Positions 20,442 to 33,917 of a stretch of 55,474 nucleotides of DNA are shown here, piece by piece (position 1 is the first letter of the stretch; every line of letters starts with the position of its first letter). The notes beneath the pieces were generated by a model. It was not told where the DNA came from and did not search any database. It was given only the letters and a program-made list of their open reading frames with translations. The translations under genes and the position numbers were made by a program. The stretch is from positions 1-55,474 of the forward strand of contig QPMI01000492.1 of NCBI GenBank assembly GCA_004431415.1, written 5' to 3'. Source of the DNA: Cyanophora paradoxa CCMP329. Taxonomy: Eukaryota > Plantae > Glaucophyta.

Positions 20442-20589
20442 ACGAGGGACGGTCCCAGCCCCGGCCTCGGCCTCTGCTCCGCCGCGTTGTAATGCAGTAC
20501 CCCCCGCCCCCAACCCACACACCGTTTTGTGCAACCGAACCAACCCTTTTCTCATCTCTTCATGTCCTCTCTGCAGCTAGTGGGCTATA

Positions 20590-23190
20590 GCTAGGCGGTG
20601 AAGAAGAAGCCGGCTATGACGGGGTCGGCGGCGCCTTCGGGCACGGTCGAGCAGTTGACAGCGAGGGGCCAGCGCCGCCCGAAGATGCGCACTGCGACGT
20701 AGATCTGGAGGAACACTGTGAGGCGGGGGGTACAGGCTGATGATCGAGGAGGGGGGTACCAGGTGGTGCTGGAGACAGGAGACACCCGCCTCGAGCCGGG
20801 CGAGGAGGGCCGCTTCTTCCGCCTGGGGGGCGCCGGGGTCCGCGGAGAGGCGTACCCCTCGCTGGAGTTGGACCTGGAGGAGGGGGTACGGGGCCTCCTC
20901 GTCGGCGGCGCGCACGGTCGCGACGGAGAGGGCGCAGCCGGGGCGGCCCCCCGGGCAGGCGAGGCGGAGGGGGCGGGAGGCAGGGGGCCGCCCGGGCCCG
21001 TTCGGGTGCTCGAAAATCGTCGCCTCCTGCGGTACCCGTGAGCGGTGCCCGGAGCAGGGTAGAGACGAGGGGAAAGAAGGGCGTACCCTCACGGACGGGA
21101 AGTGCGCCAGGAGGGCGCTGGACGCTAAGTAGGCCTGCGGGCCGCCTCGAGAGGCTTCCGGGGGGTACGATGCCCAAGGCGGGGGGTACGGCACCGTGGG
21201 GAGGCAGAGGTCGGCCATACCCCAGGGCTCGCTGAGGGGGTGGTGCCGGCAGGGGAAGCGGGGCAGCACGAGGGACCTGGGGGGCGCGGCGCGAGCGCTG
21301 TCGAGACGCGCGGGGAGGGTACAAGGGAGGGAGGGTACAAGGGAAAGGAAGGGGGTACCTGTTTAGAGCTTCGGCGAGGCGCAGCATACCCCGCAGGGCG
21401 TCCACGTGGTCGTCCCACGTGAGCTCCTCTTCAGGTCCGTCCAACGCGTACCTGGCGGATCACGTTAGGGGTACGCCTTTCGAACTCTGGGAGGGGGTAC
21501 GGCGCACGAGAGGAAGCGTCCCTCGTAGTAGGAGGGGGAGTCCACGAACCAGAGCCCCTCGTTCCTGAGCACGAACCTAAGGGGGTACGGTATCAGGAAG
21601 GGGTAGAGGGGCGGAGGGGTACGCGCGCGCTTCTTGCCGCCGTGCTTCAGGGGCTGCCCGTTCGCGTGGGCCACGTACGGCCGTACCCCCGCCCGCTGCG
21701 ACCGCCGGGCCACGAAGAAGAACTCCGACTCGGCGAACTGCATACCCCCGTGAGCGCGCTGAAAAAGGCGTACCCCCGCAGGGACCACGCCTCCATGAGG
21801 GGTAGCTCGTTTGCGGGGATCTGCAGCCCCCAGGCCAGCCCGGAGACTCCGAAGGCTCTGCCCCGCAGAACGTCGGCCATAATGGCCTGGCGGGGTACGG
21901 TGAGAAAGGTATGGTGGAAAGGACGGGTAAGGGGGTACGCGATATCGGGACGCGCCTGCCCTGAGCGGAAGCCGGGGCCATCCGCGGGCCGTTCGCCCTG
22001 GGGTACCTCCAGGACAAGAGTCTCCGCTGGCGGGACGCTACCCTGGTCAGGTGAGCACCGCCTCTAGCTCCGGGATCCCGCAAACGAACCGACGTCCAGC
22101 AGAAGACCGACGACCGCAGGCTCGGAGCGGGCGTACATGAATCCTACCTGACGGGGGTACGCGCTCGAAAAGGGTCGGGGCTTCACCGTAGTTGCAAGCA
22201 GCGCACATTCAGCTCGTTCCTGATCGAAGGGAAGTGAGCGGGGCCCGAAGGCTTAGGGCGCCGGGGGTACACGGCTCGCACGTAGAGGGTTCCCCCATAA
22301 ACTCGACGGCGTGCGTTCGGGCCCGGAAGAAGGGGGTAGGGTCCCGCAGGAAAGCCACCTGGGAGGGGTACATCGTTAGGTCGGCGGGGGCCACGGCGAG
22401 GGGGTACGGGAGCGCGCGCACGTCAATGTCGACGATGACGGCGTCGTACCCGCGCACGAGGACGGCCGCCGCGTGGCTGGAGCCGGGAGGAGAGTGAGGG
22501 CGCGGCTGCGGGGCGCGAGAAAGAAGGCGGCACCGGAATTTGAAGACGTCCTGGTGGTCGAAAGGCTGCGGGCCCGCGGCGGCGAGCAAGTCGTCGAAGT
22601 ACGCCACGGCGCCGCGCTCCCTCGCGATCGGCTGCGCGGGCCGCTCGCGCCGCAGCCGAGACAAAGAGAAAGAGAGAGCGCGCGCTGCCACGCACGATCA
22701 CGTCCGGGCTCGAAGTGAAGACGAGCACGTTCCGCACAGATGCCCGCCTGCGCGCTCGGGGCGTCGCCGCGGACGCGAATGGGCCGCACTGCGCACGCAC
22801 GCACCTGGCAGACTCCAGACAGTTGGCGAGCATGTCGAGCGCCTCGCCCCAGTTCAGCTCCATTTCCGACCCTGTGAACGGCTGCGCCGTACGTGAGCGG
22901 TTGCGTACGCGGCCTCTTGAAGGAAGACGCAGGCTCCCACTTACGTGCATCGTCACCACGTAGACCAGAGAGGTCCCCGGCGCCCGCGATGCCGCGGCGT
23001 GCACCGCCCCATCCAAGGCGGGGTCTGCAGCGAACACGAGGGGCGGAACGAAGGGCAGTTCCGACGCCAGCGCTCGCACGTCTATCGGCACGGGTGTAAA
23101 GCTGCTCCTGCTCGCCGCGATGCACAGAGCGAGCAGCTGCAGGAGCGCCCAGACCGCGGCCGGCCGCGCGCGCCATCGCCCGGGGCTCAT
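20590..23190 (-). CDS. Nucleotide-diphospho-sugar transferase (GT77/Nucleotid_trans-like), multi-exon
   Basis: Signal-anchor N-terminus; VLVRGYDAVIVDIDV (DxD motif), GFMYARS, YVAHANG, LRNEGLW and LRGMLRLAEALNR..LPRFPC. Confidence 0.7.
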
Positions 23191-23346
23191 CCTTCGGCCA
23201 TCGTCGCTGCTGCAATCGTTCTGCTCTCTGATCGAATCCGCGCCGCCGATTCCGCGACACAGAGGCCTAGCGATGCCCAGTTAAGCCGACTGCTCGACCA
23301 GGGTAGATCAAATTGGCCAGCTGCTCGAATTGCGCGAAGCTGAACG

Positions 23347-24938
23347 ATGAGCGGGCCACACGCGGGTCGGAAGGTGAAGGTGGCGGTCGTGCAAGCCGCG
23401 TCGGTCGCCTTCGACCTCCCCGCTTCTTTGGCCAAGCTTTCAACACTGACGGACAGCGCCGCCAAGAGTGGCGCTTCGCTGGTCTTGTTCCCGGAAGCAT
23501 TTCTCTCCGGTAAGCTCGATCTTGCGCGTACGCATCACCGGGACGCGTGCGATCGGCTTGCGCAGGTTACCCGCGAGGATGCGACTTTGGCTGCGTCATA
23601 GGTGAGCGCTGGAGACCGTCGGTTTATGTACAGCTAAGCGTCTTTTCCGCAGGGAGCCGCACGCCTGAGGGGCGGGAGCTCTTCCGGCGCTACGCGGAGG
23701 TCGGCCGCCCGCCACATTGCACGATTCCCGCGCGCCCAACGTAGGCCCGGCGCAGTCCTCCATCGAGGTCCCGAGTGCGCACACGGAAGCGATCGGCCTC
23801 GTGGCGTCGCGCAACCGCGTCTACATCGTCGTGGGCGTCATCGAGAAAGTGTTGCGCCCTGTCCCTCGCCCTCGCCGCTGCTTACGCATCTGCCGCGCGG
23901 CTGAGCCGGTGCCGGCCTGACCGGCACCCGCAGCGTTCCCTGCACGCTCTACTGCTCTGTTTTGTTCTTCGGGCCGGACGGCGCACTCCTCGGCAAGCAC
24001 AGGAAGCTCATGCCGACGGCACAGGAGCGGTTCGCATATGCATTCAAACTTCCGCCCGCGTCGAGCTCCTTCCTAAGGTCCCGCAGTGTCGTCTGGGGCT
24101 TCGGCGACGGGAGCACGCTGCCCGTGCTGGATACATCGATCGGCAAGTTGGCGGCGGCGATTTGCTGGGAGAGTGCGTGCCCTAATCTTCGAATTCGACG
24201 TTTCGGGCCAGGCGTTGATCGGACCCCTTGAAAGATTACATGCCCATGCTTCGAATGGCGTACTATGCAAAGGGGGTAGAGATCTACCTGGCACCGACCG
24301 CCGACGCCAGGCGCGCTGGCCCCGTACCCCCGACCTCCCTCCCCCTCTCAGACTTGCGCGGCGCGGCAGGGATACGTGGGTTGCGACAATGCGCCACATA
24401 GCGATGGAAGGCCGCTGCTTCGTCCTCTCGTCGAACCAGTTCTGCAAGAGGAAGGACTACCCCAACGACTACCCCAGTGCGCCTTCTTCCCCCCCCCCTG
24501 CCCCCGGAGCGCCCGTCGAGACCCTGTACCCTCCAGTCGAGTCGGATGGCCCGGAGGAGGTTCTCTGCAAGGGCGGCTCGCTAATCGTGAACCCCTCGGG
24601 CCAAGTCATTGCGGTGCGCGCGACCCCGAACCCGCCCCCTACCCATGTTGTGAAGCCGTACCCCCCAGGGCCCCGACTATGACGGGGAAGGGGTACTGAT
24701 CGCCGAGCTGGACCTGGACGACTGCACGCGGGGGAAGCTCGACTTCGATGTCGCCGGTTCGGCTCCCGGCGCTTCCAGCTCTCGCATTTTGCATGTCTGA
24801 TCGAAGGCGGCGCGCGCGTGTGCGTCCGCAGGGCACTATGCCCGGCCGGACGTGTTCCAACTACAGGTCAACGAGCGGCCGTGTATGCCCGTGACGCGCT
24901 TCGGAGCGACTTCCGGCCCGGCCCCGCCGCCGCGATGA
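23347..24938 (+). CDS. Nitrilase (NIT4-like carbon-nitrogen hydrolase)
   Basis: Catalytic E-K-C motifs [17 protein letters not shown] and AAICWENYMP. C-terminal GHYARPDVF. Confidence 0.92.
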
Positions 24939-25326
24939 CCCCAGGCCTAGGGGCGGCCGGTCGGCATCGGAATTAGATCTGTAGCCTCTGCCCGCCATGC
25001 CCTCCTAAAGGCGCCCGTGCGGCAGACGAAAGAACGCAGACTAAGAGTAAGGACAGAAACTAGATACAGGGCGAGGGCGAATCTGGCTCGGCAGGGTAAG
25101 CGGGCGGGCGTAAGCGGGCGGGCGGGCAGGAAGTACGGTGCACGGGGAGGCGGGGGGAGGAAAGGATAAAGAGAAGCGCTCAGATGAGAACGGGATGGCT
25201 CAGGCGAGCGGCGGGAGGGTGGGGAACGAGGCCGGAGCCCGCCGGGGCGGCGGGGAGGGGCTGGAAGGAGCATCCGGGGCCGGGGCCGGGGCCGGGTGGG
25301 GCGGGGAGGCGGCGCGAGGGGACGCC

Positions 25327-26516
25327 CTAGGGGCGGGGGGAGGGACCCCGGGACCCTGTCCCGGCGGTGCCGCTACTTTTGGGGCGCAGGCTATCCTTAT
25401 CTTCGTCGCCGTAGTCGCCGGCCTCGCCCGAGGCTTTGTTCCCCAGCGTCGACTGCGGGGGACTCTCAGCAAGGGCGGACCCGAACGGAAGAACGGACAG
25501 GGGAAGCAAGCAACGCACGTCCGAGAGCAGGCTGAGGACCTCCTGATAGAAGTCCTGCGGCGGCATCTCCTTGTATTTGATGCCTAACCTAACCGCCTCC
25601 TTGAAGATCTGATTCGATCTGCGTTAGCAGGGGCGAACGTCTACGATCAGAGCGCGCGGCTTGCCTTCACGACGTTCGTCCCGTCCGACGCGGACACAAA
25701 GTACAGCGGCAGGTTGCGCTTTGTCGCGAAGTTGAATGTCTTCTGCGTGACCTTCGTGTCCACTGCGCGGAAGAAGGAAAAGGAGTGAGAGGAGGAGAAA
25801 CGAAGTGCAGGACGAGAGGGAGGTCGGCGGAGTGCGGCGAGGAGAAGGGAAGGCTGGCGGGATCCGCGCACGGTCGATCTTGTTCGCCACGACTAGCGTC
25901 GGAATGCCTTTGCAGAAGTCCTGCAGCTCCTTGTACCACGTCTCCAGGTTCTTATATGTGACCTTCCTGGTCACGTCGAACACCTGCGGCGAGGAGCGGC
26001 TGTCGGCGAGAGCCGCGGACAGAGCGGCGTCGTTTTCGCTGAGTGCTGAGCACCATGATGCAGGCGTTCGCTCTGTAGTAGTAGCTAGGGTGCATACTGT
26101 TGAAGCGCTCCTGTCCCGCCGTATCCCAGAAGTCTGCGCGGGCGCGCGATGGTAAGGCGGGCGGAGTTGCGGCGCGAGCTCGGGAAAGGCACCTACGGGG
26201 ACCTGCTTGCCATCCACATCGTCCACATATCTGTACAGGGTGAGCGCATATGTAGAGAGCTGCTGCGGCTTGTATCCGTCCATCAGAAACCGCTCCACAA
26301 GCCTGCGAGCCACGAAGGTTCTCTTGAGTATGGGCGGCGACGGGCGGAGGGCACGCGGGCGGTGCAGCCGGTCGCGGGCACGGCGCGACGCTGGGAATCG
26401 ACGCACTTCGATTTCCCGACGGCGGAGTCGCCGAGCAGGATGACCTTCACCACGTCATTGTTGGAGAGGTCTGGCGGTGACGCCGGGCTCTGGTGGACCG
26501 GCTCTGCCTCGCTCAT
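25327..26516 (-). CDS. RABL2: Rab-like protein 2 (IFT-associated small GTPase)
   Basis: VKVILLGDSAVGKSK, LVERFLMDGYKPQQLSTYALTL, DFWDTAGQERF..HPSYY, ANKID and FVSASDGTNVVK. Confidence 0.92.
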
Positions 26517-26592
26517 GCGTGTGTGCTGCAAGTTCCGACGCGGCAGAGTTCAACGCGCCTGTACCCGCCGTACTTTCGCAGCTGTACCCAAG

Positions 26593-27216
26593 ATGCCGCC
26601 CCGCAGCAGCCCGACGGGCGGCGACCCGCGGAAGCCGTCGGCCGAGAAGCGCTACGTCGAACGTAAGCTGAACGATGACGAGGTCCGCCGGGCGGGGCGA
26701 TGGCGCTCTCTCTCCGCTCACGCTTCCGCAGCTCCCCGCCGACTACCTCTCCCTCCTCTCCCTCCTGAACGGCATGGTCGGCCTCTGGATGCGCCAGCGG
26801 ATCTTCGCTTGGTGCGCGCTGCTCGCGGGAAGCCGGCGGCCGCCGCGCGGGCCTCCGCTCGCCGCCGACGATCGCAAGCAAGCGTAGCGGCACGCGAATG
26901 ACGCTTCCCGCGCTCCGCAGGCTCGCCCTCTTCTGCACGCTGTCGAGCCTGGCCAACATTCGGTGGTCGACTGTGGACCCCAAGCAGCTGCTCTGCTCCG
27001 TGACCTTCGCCATCACTGGCCTCATCCTCGTGCGCCCGCTCGCCGCGCAGCCCGCGCCGAATTCCGCCCGCACACTGCTCCTGACCTCGCTTGCTCGCTC
27101 TCCCGCGCAGAACTACTTGTGCGGCCCACCCCTCCCTTCGCCCTCGCCGCGGTCGGTATCGTTTATCGCTGACGCCCCCGCGCAGCGGCCCCGCGGCGCA
27201 GCAGTTCGAACGATAG
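26593..27216 (+). CDS. WDR83OS: Asterix / PAT complex subunit (UPF0139)
   Basis: DPRKP..RY..LPADYLSLLSLL.GMVGL.MR..FAW..SSLAN..KQLLCSVTFAI.GL..NYF. Confidence 0.82.
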
Positions 27217-27350
27217 CCGCCGGCCCGGCCGCGTCCCGGCCCGGGGCGCTCAAGTTTAGCGTAGGCATTCAGTCTGTGCTCGAATGTAGGGAACCCATCT
27301 CGTTTCACACCGCGGGCCTCGGAGGGCGCGCCAAGGGCGGCCCCGGGACG

Positions 27351-30300
27351 CTACGGGAGGCCAAAGAGGGCCTTCTCGACGTGGTCGGGCCGGCGCTTCG
27401 TGGGGCGGATGTACCCCAGGAAGTCCAGCTCCTTGACCGAACGGTAGAAGCGCGCCCTGCCGCCCGGTCACTCATCTGCGGGAGGGGACACGGGACGGCA
27501 TTTCTGGAGTGGCGCGGCGCACTGGAGCTCCTTCAGGTCGAGGTTGGCCGCCTGCTTCGCCTCCGAGAAGGATACGAACCTGCGGGGGGTATGGGATTGC
27601 GGAGGCGACGAGCTCGGGGGGTACAGCACGCACCAGTCCGCGAGGGAAACCAGGCGGCCGGACTTGCTGAAGATGTCGTACCTGCCCGCGGGTCGAATCC
27701 GGCCGGGGTACACAATCATCGATCCATTTTCGGCGCACGCGAGTGTGAGGTCGTCCCAGCAGTGGGCCTTGGCGCTCGTTTTCGGCGCAGGCGCCTTCCC
27801 CTTGTCCTTGTCCTTGTCGCTGGGGCCCGCCCCATCCCCCGTCCCCTCCTCCACGCAGCACTCGCACTGCGGGCGGGCGTGAGGCGCGAGGGGTACAAGC
27901 GGGGCTTGACGGGCGTGCGGGCGGGGTACAGGCGGGCCTGCAGGATGGGCTGGGGGTCGGACAGGGCCCGCTGGATTTGCTTCCGGATGGGCGGCGAGAG
28001 CATCTGAGGAAAGCAAAGCTCAGAAGGTGAATCCAAGCGGGCTACGACCCCGCACCTGGGCGAGCGTTCCAGAGCCCCCGAACAGGAACGTTTCGTGGAG
28101 GGGTAGGCGCGAGGGCGGCTTCAGATTCTCCCTGCAGCCCGGGGGGTCGGCAGGAGGAGGAGGGTACTTGCATAACGGGGCCTGGAGGGGTACAGGGCCA
28201 GCGCACTCGCAGAAGACGCGGAAGAAATCGTTCAGCGCCGACTCGAGGGCCGCGTGCTTCGCCATGCTCGCCTTCTGCTCGTACCCCCTTAGGATCGATC
28301 CGGGGGTACAGGAGACTCGCGGGGGGTACGAGGCGCACCGTGGCGGACGGGGAGGCAGAGCCGCCGGTCGCTGTCGCGAGCATGACCCTGCGCCGCCCGA
28401 GGCTCGGCGGGGTACCGAAATAATACTGAGAAAACGCCGGGGGTACCGCCTCCTCTTGGCGGCGCTCCACGTCGTCGCGTCCTGCGCGGCGTCCTTGGCC
28501 GCCCCCGCCTCCTAGGAGGCGCTCGGTGTGAGGCGGGGCGCGGGGAGGAAGGGGGGGGGGGGGGGAAGAGGGGGGGAGGGAGGAGGGGGGGGGGAGGGGG
28601 AGGCGGGAGGCCCGTTCACCTTGCTCGGCCCGTCCGCCTGTTCGTCCTGTCGCGGGGGGTACCGTGATAAGACGCGGGACGGGAGACGGGTAAACAGGCG
28701 GCGGTGGCCGAGGGCCGTACCCCCCCGGCGGCCTTGGGCTCGGGCTGGAGGATCCCGCGGAGCCTCGCGGCGTCGTCGCGGAACAGTTGGTCCTCCTGGG
28801 AGGCAGGCGTGAGGGGTACGGTGATGATTTGGGACAGGGGGGGGCGGGTGGGGGGTACGCGTACCGACTCGAGCTGCTCGACCCACTTCTCGCCTAGGGA
28901 CTTCAGCGCGTCCGTCCGCAGCAGTCTGCGAGAAGGTTCCTCGCCCTCGCCCTCGAGAGAAATGTGGGGGTACACAGAAGGGGACGGGTACCGGAGCGCG
29001 GAGAGGAGACCGTTGTGCGAGGCCCCGCCCAGGAGGGTACCGGAAAGGTACTCCAGGTAGAGCTGCGAGGGTTGAGACGGGGCGCGTTGTACCCCCAAAG
29101 AATCTAAACTCCGGCGGACCTGCCGCCGGGAGCTGGCGCTGGATTCGGAGACAGAGGACGAGGAGGAGCCCGAGCGGCCTGCCGCGGGTTCGATTCCGGA
29201 GGAGGACGGAAGGCGAGCGGGCGGGGGGCGGGGCGGGGCGGGCACCGCCGGCGGCCGCGCGGCTCGTCTCGTGCCACAGGGCCATCGCTACTCGGGCGCT
29301 AAGACAGGGCGCGTCACGGGCGAAGAGATAGACACCGTAGTACGGAGAGCAAGTCGAGAGGGTACCGTATGCGGGCCTGGCAGGTGGAGAGGAAGACCCG
29401 GGGTAGAAGCGCGCGAAGCAGGCCGTCCGCCCCCTCCTCCAGGTCCGCCGCGGCGACCTGGGGCGGGCTCGGGGAGGGGTACGGGGGAGCCGGGGGGAGT
29501 ACGGGCGCACCTCGAGGCCCGGAACGGAGTAGAGGTGCGCCTGGGGCCCGGCGAGGCGCCGGAGGGAGGGGAGGGCCCGGATGCGGGGGAGGAACGAGGG
29601 GGGTACGACCTCCTCGGAAGCGGAGGGGCTGGCCGCGGTAGCCCCCAGGAGGCGATGGACGGCGGCCAGGTTAGCGGGCGCCTTGGGGGGGCACAGCCCC
29701 GCGACGGGGTTCCCGTAGTAGTGCTGCATCGCCGCCGCCTGGGGGGTACGCGTTCGGGGCGGGAGGGGTACCGATCAAGCGGAGCTTGGGGGGTACCTGA
29801 ATGGAGCGGGAGAGCCCGGAGACGGAGTGGCTGTGCTGGAGGAACTGGTCCGAGAGGAACGCCCAGACCTGCCGGCCCGAGGGGTACGTCAGTTCCGAGC
29901 GGGGACAACAGGCGCCGGGACGGGTACGGGCCTCGCCGCCCAGGACGATGCCGTGGTCCCCGTCCAGGAACACCTGTATCCCCGTGAGGAGCAGGAGGAG
30001 GAGGCGAGAAGCAGGGTACAGGTCGCCGCACGTGGGTCACGATCGCATCGAAGTACGCCTGCGCCAAAATATGAGGGAAGCGAGCGAAGAATTGGTGAGA
30101 GAGAAAGCAGCGGGGACCTGGGGTCTCGGCATGTGGAAGTGGCGTATGCGAAGCAGGACCGAGACGGAGCGCGGCAGGAGGCGCTGGATGGATCCCTGTA
30201 CCCCGCCTCAGCCGCTGCGGGGGGCTCCAAGGTGCGCGGGGGGGTACCGCGGCGCCGCCGAAGGCCGCGGAGCCGGAGACGCCGGCGACGAGGACGAAGG

Positions 30301-31681
30301 GTACGCGTATGAGGTTCTCGCTGCGCCGAAAGTTAGGGCCGAAGCGGGCCGGGGGTACAGGGACCGCGCCTCATCGCGAAGACGATGTCGTGAAGGACCT
30401 GAGGGGAAGGCGGGGTACGGGAGTCAAGTCGGCGGAAGGCGGGGGGGGTACTTGCCTTGGCGGGGAAGCTCGCGACGTCCTCGATCAGCACGCACATCCG
30501 CAGCGGCTCTGCCGCGGGCGCGGCTCGAGAGAAGAAGGGGGGGGCGGGGAGGCGGCGGCGGGGAGGAGGGGTACCGGCCGTGGGGTCGGACTCCGCGCGG
30601 CGCCGCGCGAGGGTCTCGTACCACGTGCAGAGCGAGTGCATGTCCTCCCTCTGCGGAAAGCGGCTCAGGAAGCGGGGCGTGGGGGGGCGGGACCCGGATC
30701 GAATCTGCCTGCTGCATGATTCGGCGCGCGGCGTCCTCCTCCTCGTCGCTCTCGATGCCGGCGGCCTCCGCCGCGGCCTCCTCGTCGTCCGCCGGGCCCG
30801 CCGCCGCCGCCGCCGCCGCCGCTGCCGCCGCCGCCGGCTCGCCCTCACCCTTCGCGGGCAGACAGACGCGTGGGCCGCGGCGGAAAGGCGCAGGCGGGAC
30901 GGGCGGCGGACCTGGAACCCTTCGACGAGGGCGCGCATCGCCGCGCGGACGGAGCGGCAGGCGGCGCTGCGGAGGTAGGAGCAGCGCGCCCGGTCCTTCA
31001 GGCGGCTCCGCAGGTGCCGGTGCAACCCTTCCATGACCCCGCCCTGCGCGCGTGCGGCTCGAGATCTAGAGATGCGCGGCGGCTCTTCGCGTGTTGTCGC
31101 GGCGCGCCTGCTCGGTGCCGCTGATGCCGGCGTGGATGAGCGCCGTCGGCAGCTCGTGGAAGCGAGCCTCGGGCAGGCGCAGCGAGCTCGCGTCGCTGGG
31201 GCCCTCCGCGGGCTCAGCGCCGTCCTCCGGCGGCTTCACGCCAGCCACGAAGAGCCCCACGTCGCCGAAGGTCCGCTCGTTGAGCTCGCCGACCACGGTC
31301 TGCGGCCCGGGCGAGCTCGGCGACGGCCGGGCGAGCGGAGGCGGGCGGGCGCACGTCGATGTCGCGCTTGATCTTCCTCCATGACGCCTGGTACGCCTGG
31401 AAGCGCTTCTCGATGGCGGGAGCGTCCTGCGGCGAGAAGAGCCCGCCGAAGCCCTCGAACTCGACGGCGCCGGCATCTTGCTTCTTGAGCGCTGCGGGCG
31501 GCGATCGATTCGCGCCGCGGATGCTCGCCGCAGCGCCGGGCCGCACCCTGGATGCTCTTGCCGGATTTCCGCAGGATGTACGTGCCCTGCGCGCCGCTCG
31601 AGCCTCGCGCCCCACGCGCTCGGGCGTGCGCACCTTCGTGAGGTCCAGCTGGGGCGCCCCGCTCGAGCCGCTTGCCGCCAT
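27351..31681 (-). CDS. ORC3: Origin recognition complex subunit 3 (multi-exon)
   Basis: ELPTALIHAG, VLIEDVASF, FLSDQFLQHSHSVS..AAMQHYYGNP and LPLHETF. C-terminal WH domain SGRLVSLADW..ARFYRSVKELDFLGYIRPTKRRPDHVEK. Confidence 0.88.
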
Positions 31682-31837
31682 CGCACGCTCGGATAACCCC
31701 GGTTCGACTCCGGAGAGAGCAGGCTTCAGCCAAGTGAACGTGGCGGCCGGCCGCAGCTCTCGCGGACGATCGCGAGGCCGGCGGTTGAAGCAAGCGAAGC
31801 GATGGCGGCGACGGAAGAGCAAGAATCCGCGTCGATC

Positions 31838-33256
31838 ATGAGCCTGCCGGGTGCGCGTTCGCTCTCCGGTCCTGACCATTCGGCGCGCCTGTTCGCGCGC
31901 GCCCGCCACTCCAGCAAGCGCGCTGATGCACTGCCGCTGGATCGCAGATGAAATCTTGCTGCTGGTGATGGAGAAAACGGCGGCGGGCAGCGGCACAATG
32001 GCCGTGTTGCGGGGCTTTGCCTCGGCCCGACGCCGCTTCCAAAAGATCGCGCACGCTTCCCCGAAGCTTTTTGAGGAGCCCATCTTCGTTGCCCATCGTC
32101 CAGAAGACTGCTCGGTGAGTCGATGTCCACCGCAACTGCGCGCCGTCGCTCGCGCCAACGTTCGGTGCAGCGCAGTTTCGGATCGATATCCGAGTGCTCA
32201 GAAGAAGATTCAGATCTCGGCGATTGCGACGCGCGGCCGCAGCCGGCCGGCGACAGTATCTTGGACGTCGCGCGGTTGTCTGCGCGCTTCGGCGGCCGCA
32301 TCGAGCGCCTTCACCTTGACGCTGTCAGCTGCAGTTCCCGCATCGACTTCGACAGTACGACCGACTCTGACCATGGCGGCAAGGTCGACCGCGTCCTCTT
32401 GAACGTCCTTCAAGCCTGCCCCAACATTACGCATCTCTCCCTCTCGAGCTCAAGCAGCGACGCTCGCGAGCACGGTTCTTTATCGACCCTCGGCCGCAGA
32501 GCTTACAATCGCGCGGTCTACGGGCCCCTTGCCGGGTTGGAGGAGCTCCCCGAAGGATTCTCCCTTAAGCTTCCCCGCCTCCGCCACCTCGACCTCTCCA
32601 GCCGCACCGTACCTCTCCCGGCCCTCCGCTGCCTCATCAGCGCCTGCTCTGCCTCCCTCGAGTGCCTCTTTCTCCGGTGAGTGCTCTTCGGTGTCTTTCC
32701 GCTCTAAAACATTTTCTCAGAGCTTGCCTGACCACCAGCATGCGCATGTGCATGTGCATGCGCAGGGACACGCGTGTGATCGAGCCGGCGTCTCACGGCG
32801 GAGCTCGAGGTCTTCCGATTCATTATTGCAAGCCCCTTCAGGTCGCCGCTGCCCTCGAGCGGATCAATCGCGAGTGCGTGCGCGCGCGCGCCAGTCACTG
32901 ATCGGATCCTGGTCTGCAGCTGCCTCGAGCTCTCTGCCTTCTTTGGGCTGACTTGGCGCCTTGCGCGCGCGTGCAGCTTCCCCCACCTAAAAAGCCTCGA
33001 CCTTTCCTACTCGAACGCCTGCGCCGACATCCACGCGCTGCGCCGCCTCATCGCCCGGCTCCCTGCCCTCCGCGATCTGTACATCGTGCGCCAGCTGCGC
33101 ATGCATATGCAGTGCCCAGCCCGTGGGCCGTGGCTCAGCCCGTTACCGCAGGTGAAAGCTGGTGCGTACATGCAGGTCGATAATGCGGTGCAGCTGGCGG
33201 AGAATGTGAACCGCCCGGGCCGGCTCGTCATCTACAAAAGCCTCGTGCGTATGTAA
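31838..33256 (+). CDS. F-box/LRR(RNI)-like protein (multi-exon)
   Basis: IADEILLLVM..ASARRRF (F-box-like), CPNITHLSL, LPRLRHLDLS, SLECLFL and LPALRDLYI. Confidence 0.55.
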
Positions 33257-33917
33257 AATCGCTCATTGCAATTGCGAATGTATATGGTGGACTCGCTGCT
33301 CCGCAGCCCGACGTCGACATAGAGCCCGGCCCGCTATGCTGCGCCATCTCCGCGAGATTATCAATCCCAATCGCGACTCTGAAGATCTAGATCTTTTTAT
33401 CAACTATATCTAGATTCTTATTATCTTATAATTATTATCGACTTCAGCGCGACATGGGGCCCGCTGCGCTGCGCCACGTCCGCGAGCATTTCAACCGGGA
33501 CGGCCGGGTCGACGTGACACGCCTGGCGTTCCCCGCCTTCTTAAAAGGTGCCCTCTGAATCTAGATCTTATGATCATGATCAGGGTGGTGCCCTCTAGAT
33601 CTTCTGGATCTCTTACGAAGTGCCCTCGAGCTCTAGATCTTATGATCAGCTGCAGCGGACAGCTGATCGCGCAGCTGATCATGCGAATACTTGTACTTGT
33701 GGTTTCTGATCCCTCCCTCGCCTCCGGATCCTCGAATTCGCAGCACTCTTCTGCGGCCCCTACGGGCGCGACGTCGACGCCGCGAGGCGACTTGTGGACG
33801 AGCTGGGCGTCGCGCCTCGCGCACGCTTCCAGGAATCTTCAATCGGCCCCTGCAGCTGGGTGATCGTGATCATGAGCCCCTCCTTGGCCCGCCATTACAG
33901 CTAACTCTAGCCCTGCG

